In this document: positions 60,830-64,000 of the stretch, in pieces
How positions within the stretch are numbered: the first letter of the stretch is position 1
Layout: each line of letters opens with the position of its first letter
NCBI GenBank assembly: GCA_963665275.2
Contig: CAXXIN010000016.1
Location: 160,001 to 224,000 of the forward strand
Source of the DNA: Negativicutes bacterium
GTDB lineage: Bacteria > Bacillota > Negativicutes > UBA1444
Direction of reading: 5' to 3'
DNA length: 64,000 nucleotides
Made by a program: the position numbers and the translations under genes
The notes under the pieces: model-generated
What the model was told of the DNA's origin: nothing
The model's input: only the letters and a program-made list of their open reading frames with translations
Databases searched by the model: none

Positions 60830-63556
60830 ATGCAGAAGCGGGTTCTCAAGATCAATGGAGTCGAACGGTCCTTCATCACCGACTCGGAAAAGTCACTGGC
60901 GAGTGTCTTGCGGGAGCAATTCCTGCTGACCGGCTGCAAGATTGGCTGTGGACAGGGGCAATGCGGCGCCTGTTCGGTCATCATGGATGGCAAGGTCATT
61001 AGATCCTGTGTGACGAAAATGAGCCGGGTTCCTGACAATGCAGAAATCTTTACTATTGAAAGCCTCGGTACGCCGGAAGACCTGCATCCGTTGCAGTTGG
61101 CCTGGATTGCGCATGGCAGTGCCCAATGCGGTTTCTGTACGACCGGGTTTATCATGTCCTCCAAGGCGTTGCTGGAGGAAAACAAAAATCCCACACGGGA
61201 GCAGGTCAGAGACTGGTTTCATGCGCATCGTAACGCCTGCCGTTGCACCGGCTACAAACCACTGATTGACGCTGTGATGGATGCCGCCAAAGTGATGCGG
61301 GGAGAGAAAAAGAAAGAAGACTTGCTGTTTAAACCTGTCAAAGGCGGCAAAATTATCGGTACGAAGTTCCAACGGCCTTCCGCTGTGGCAAAAGTCACCG
61401 GAACTTGGGATTTTGGCGCCGATGGCGCTTTGCAGATGCCGCCCGGAACGTTGAGGCTGGCTTTGGTTCAGGCGGAAGTCTCCCATGCAGTCATCAAGGG
61501 CATTGATGTATCGGAAGCAGAGAAAATGCCTGGCGTTGTCAAAGTAGTCACTTATAAAGACGTGAAAGGCAAAAATGCCATCACTGGATTGATCACTTTC
61601 CCGACGAACAAGGGCGATGGCTGGGATCGGCCCATCCTTTGCAAAGATAAGGTCTTCCAGTTCGGTGACGCGATCGCGATCGTTTGCGCCGAGACTGAGG
61701 AACAGGCAAAAGCAGCGGCCAAGAAGGTAAAAGTGGATTTGGACGTTCTGCCTGCCTATATGAGCGCCCCGGCTGCCATGGCTCGTGATGCCATCGAAAT
61801 TCACCCCGGGACGCCCAACGTTTACTACGAACAGGGCATAATCAAGGGTGACGATACCAAACCATTAATGGAAAAAGCGGAGTATGTGGTGGAAGACAGC
61901 TTCTACTGCAGCCGCCAGCCGCATCTCACCATCGAGCCTGACTGTGGATATGCCTACTATGATGACGATGGCTGTCTGACCATCCATTCCAAGAGTATCG
62001 GAATTTTCCTGCATCATGCCATGATCTGCCCAGGCTTGGGCATCGAACCGGATAAACTCAGACTTGTCCAGAATCCGACCGGAGGCACGTTCGGCTATAA
62101 ATTCAGCCCGACGATGGAGGCTTTGCTGGGGGTGGCCTGCATGGCTACAGGCAAACCGGTATCCCTGGTTTACTCGATGTACCAGCATATTACCTATACC
62201 GGAAAGCGCTCGCCAGGCTTTGTCAATCTCAAATATGGGGCTGACAAGGACGGCAAACTCATTGCGATGGAAAGCGACTGGACGATTGACCACGGTCCGT
62301 ATTCTGAGTTTGGCGACTTGCTGACATTGAGGCAGGCTCAATTCATCGGAGCCGGATATGACATCCGCAACATCCGTGGAAAAGGGCGGACCGTCTGCAC
62401 CAATCATGCCTGGGGTTCGGCATTCCGGGCCTATGGATCACCACAGGCATTCCTCGCATCAGAGTGTCTGATGGATGAACTGGCGGAAAAAATGGGAGTG
62501 GACCCGTTCGATCTGCGTTACAAGAACCTCTATCGCCCAGGCGCCACAACGCCAAACGGGTGCGAGCCTGAAGTATATTGTCTGGTCGAAATGTTTGACA
62601 AGCTGCGCCCCAAATATGAAGAAGCAAAAAAACGGTGCAAGGAACTGTCTACACCGGAGAAAAAACGCGGCGTTGGCCTGGCCGTGGGAATCTACGGATG
62701 CGGCCTGGACGGGCCGGACGGTTCGGAAGCGGCAATTGAACTGACTCCTAACGGGGTGACGATATTCAATACCTGGGAGGATCATGGCCAGGGAGCCGAT
62801 GCGGGTGCGCAAACCATTGCTCATGAGGCGCTTCGTCCGTTGGGCCTGGAGCCGGATCAGATCCAACTGTGCATGAATGATACGGCGAAATGCCCGAACA
62901 GCGGCCCTGCTGGCGGCAGCCGGTCCAATGTTATGACAGGTAATGCGACCAAGGTATCTTGTGAAATGCTGCTGAACGCGATGCGCAAACCGGATGGAAC
63001 CTATCGCACCTATCAAGAGATGGTCGACGAAAAGATTCCCCTCAAATACAATGGCAAATGGGCGGCAGCGGCATGTTCGCCCTGCGACCCGGTTACCGGG
63101 CAGGGCAAACCCTTCGCCGTCTATATGTACGAAGTGTTTATGCCGGAAGTCGAAGTCGATTTGAAAACCGGCAAAGCCTCCGTCGCCAAATTCACGACCG
63201 TCGTGGATGTGGGTACCATCATCAATCAAACAGTGGTCGACGGACAGATTTATGGTGGGCTGGCCCAAGGGATTGGTCTGGCGCTAAGCGAGGATTTCGA
63301 AGACCTGAAGAAACATACCAGCCTGGCCAGCTGCGGCTTGCCCTACACCAAAGATATTCCCGATGATATCGAGATTATCTACAATATTACTCCGCGTGCA
63401 GATGGTCCGTTCGGCGCGGCTGGTGTCGGTGAAGCCCCATTGACGGCGCCGCATCCGGCAATTCTGAACGCGATCTACAATGCCTGTGGAGTGCGTATTA
63501 CCAAGGTGCCGGCATTACCGGAAGTGATCAAGGCAGCTCTGGCGGCAAAAAAATAA
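60830..63556 (+). CDS. mop: Molybdopterin aldehyde oxidoreductase (Desulfovibrio Mop type, 2x[2Fe-2S] plus Moco domain)
   Basis: GCGQGQCGAC, QCGFCTTG, NACRCTGY, GGTFGYK, AFRAYGSPQ and GVGE motifs; 908 aa. Confidence 0.93.
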   Translation: MQKRVLKINGVERSFITDSEKSLASVLREQFLLTGCKIGCGQGQCGACSVIMDGKVIRSCVTKMSRVPDNAEIFTIESLGTPEDLHPLQLAWIAHGSAQCGFCTTGFIMSSKALLEENKNPTREQVRDWFHAHRNACRCTGYKPLIDAVMDAAKVMRGEKKKEDLLFKPVKGGKIIGTKFQRPSAVAKVTGTWDFGADGALQMPPGTLRLALVQAEVSHAVIKGIDVSEAEKMPGVVKVVTYKDVKGKNAITGLITFPTNKGDGWDRPILCKDKVFQFGDAIAIVCAETEEQAKAAAKKVKVDLDVLPAYMSAPAAMARDAIEIHPGTPNVYYEQGIIKGDDTKPLMEKAEYVVEDSFYCSRQPHLTIEPDCGYAYYDDDGCLTIHSKSIGIFLHHAMICPGLGIEPDKLRLVQNPTGGTFGYKFSPTMEALLGVACMATGKPVSLVYSMYQHITYTGKRSPGFVNLKYGADKDGKLIAMESDWTIDHGPYSEFGDLLTLRQAQFIGAGYDIRNIRGKGRTVCTNHAWGSAFRAYGSPQAFLASECLMDELAEKMGVDPFDLRYKNLYRPGATTPNGCEPEVYCLVEMFDKLRPKYEEAKKRCKELSTPEKKRGVGLAVGIYGCGLDGPDGSEAAIELTPNGVTIFNTWEDHGQGADAGAQTIAHEALRPLGLEPDQIQLCMNDTAKCPNSGPAGGSRSNVMTGNATKVSCEMLLNAMRKPDGTYRTYQEMVDEKIPLKYNGKWAAAACSPCDPVTGQGKPFAVYMYEVFMPEVEVDLKTGKASVAKFTTVVDVGTIINQTVVDGQIYGGLAQGIGLALSEDFEDLKKHTSLASCGLPYTKDIPDDIEIIYNITPRADGPFGAAGVGEAPLTAPHPAILNAIYNACGVRITKVPALPEVIKAALAAKK

Positions 63557-63594
63557 CGATCGACGGTCACAGGGCCATATTCACTGAACAACTG

Positions 63595-63630
63595 AAACGA
63601 ACCGGAGGCACTCGCCTCCCGGTTCGTTTT
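63595..63630 (+). other. Intergenic stem-loop (terminator or mRNA stabiliser)
   Basis: aaacgaaccggaggc-actc-gcctcccggttcgttt. Confidence 0.55.
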
Positions 63631-63649
63631 GGACTATGGGGAGAGCAGT

Positions 63650-64000
63650 ATGGAACGCAATGTTTGCCGTGAACGGGAAGCCAAGTGTATAGAGGAGCAG
63701 GCTCCGGCCTGTACGGCGTCCTGCCCTGTCCATGTGGACGTGCGCGGAATGGTGGCGGCGGTCGGACGGCAGGATTTCGCCGCAGGGTTTGCTTTGCTTG
63801 CGCGGTCGGTTCCTTTTCCGAGAATTATCAGCCGGATTTGCGATCATCCCTGCCAACAAGCGTGCAAACGCAATGAAGCCGGGGATGCTATTGAGATCCG
63901 GGCGTTGGAACAGGCCTGCGCCGATTACGGCGACATGCCTGCAGGAAGAATCTTGGCGACTCCCAAACAATCCAGGAAGATTGCCGTTGTCGGTGGTGGC
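63650..64000 (+). CDS. GltD-like Fe-S/FAD pyridine nucleotide-disulfide oxidoreductase, truncated by the window end
   Basis: MERNVC…APACTASCPVHVD…RICDHPCQQACKR…KIAVVGGG; GGGGAG RBS. Confidence 0.85.
   Translation, partial: MERNVCREREAKCIEEQAPACTASCPVHVDVRGMVAAVGRQDFAAGFALLARSVPFPRIISRICDHPCQQACKRNEAGDAIEIRALEQACADYGDMPAGRILATPKQSRKIAVVGGG

Noticed and set aside
60541-63268. Long antisense ORFs (217-303 aa) opposite mop, and similar shadow ORFs opposite dnaX, hemA and hemL
   Set aside because: Shadow frames of well-supported GC-rich genes with no protein-like motifs

Overview
Chromosomal window of an anaerobic, spore-forming Firmicute, most likely a Negativicute of the Sporomusaceae type (inferred from bofA, the tadA-tRNA-ffs-dnaX-ybaB-recR-bofA block and gene content). 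Housekeeping content includes ppx, four tRNAs, SRP RNA, a hem/siroheme operon, topB, hrpB, gdhA, nudC, cadC-cadA and a Mop-type aldehyde oxidoreductase. The top candidate novelty is a two-gene operon at 58653-60400 (-): a radical SAM/SPASM maturase with a probable N-terminal RRE, translationally coupled to an 87-aa precursor. That precursor fuses a twin-arginine (Tat) signal peptide to a SCIFF/ranthipeptide-like Cys-Thr-Ser core, suggesting a Tat-exported thioether RiPP with no dedicated transporter or peptidase. Other notable items: an orphan ~240-nt structured sRNA with three repeated motifs (49740-49980, -); a terminator/antiterminator switch in the mop leader; an AT-rich LysR-aldolase-MFS-dehydrogenase islet bracketed by a decayed and an intact tRNA-Arg(ACG); a receiver/PPDK_N protein beside gdhA; an EcfT-S fusion; and a recurrent sigmaH-like promoter motif. 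Ten single-base indels at 37.0-40.2 kb look like assembly errors. All calls come from reading the sequence and recalled family motifs; no database searches were run.
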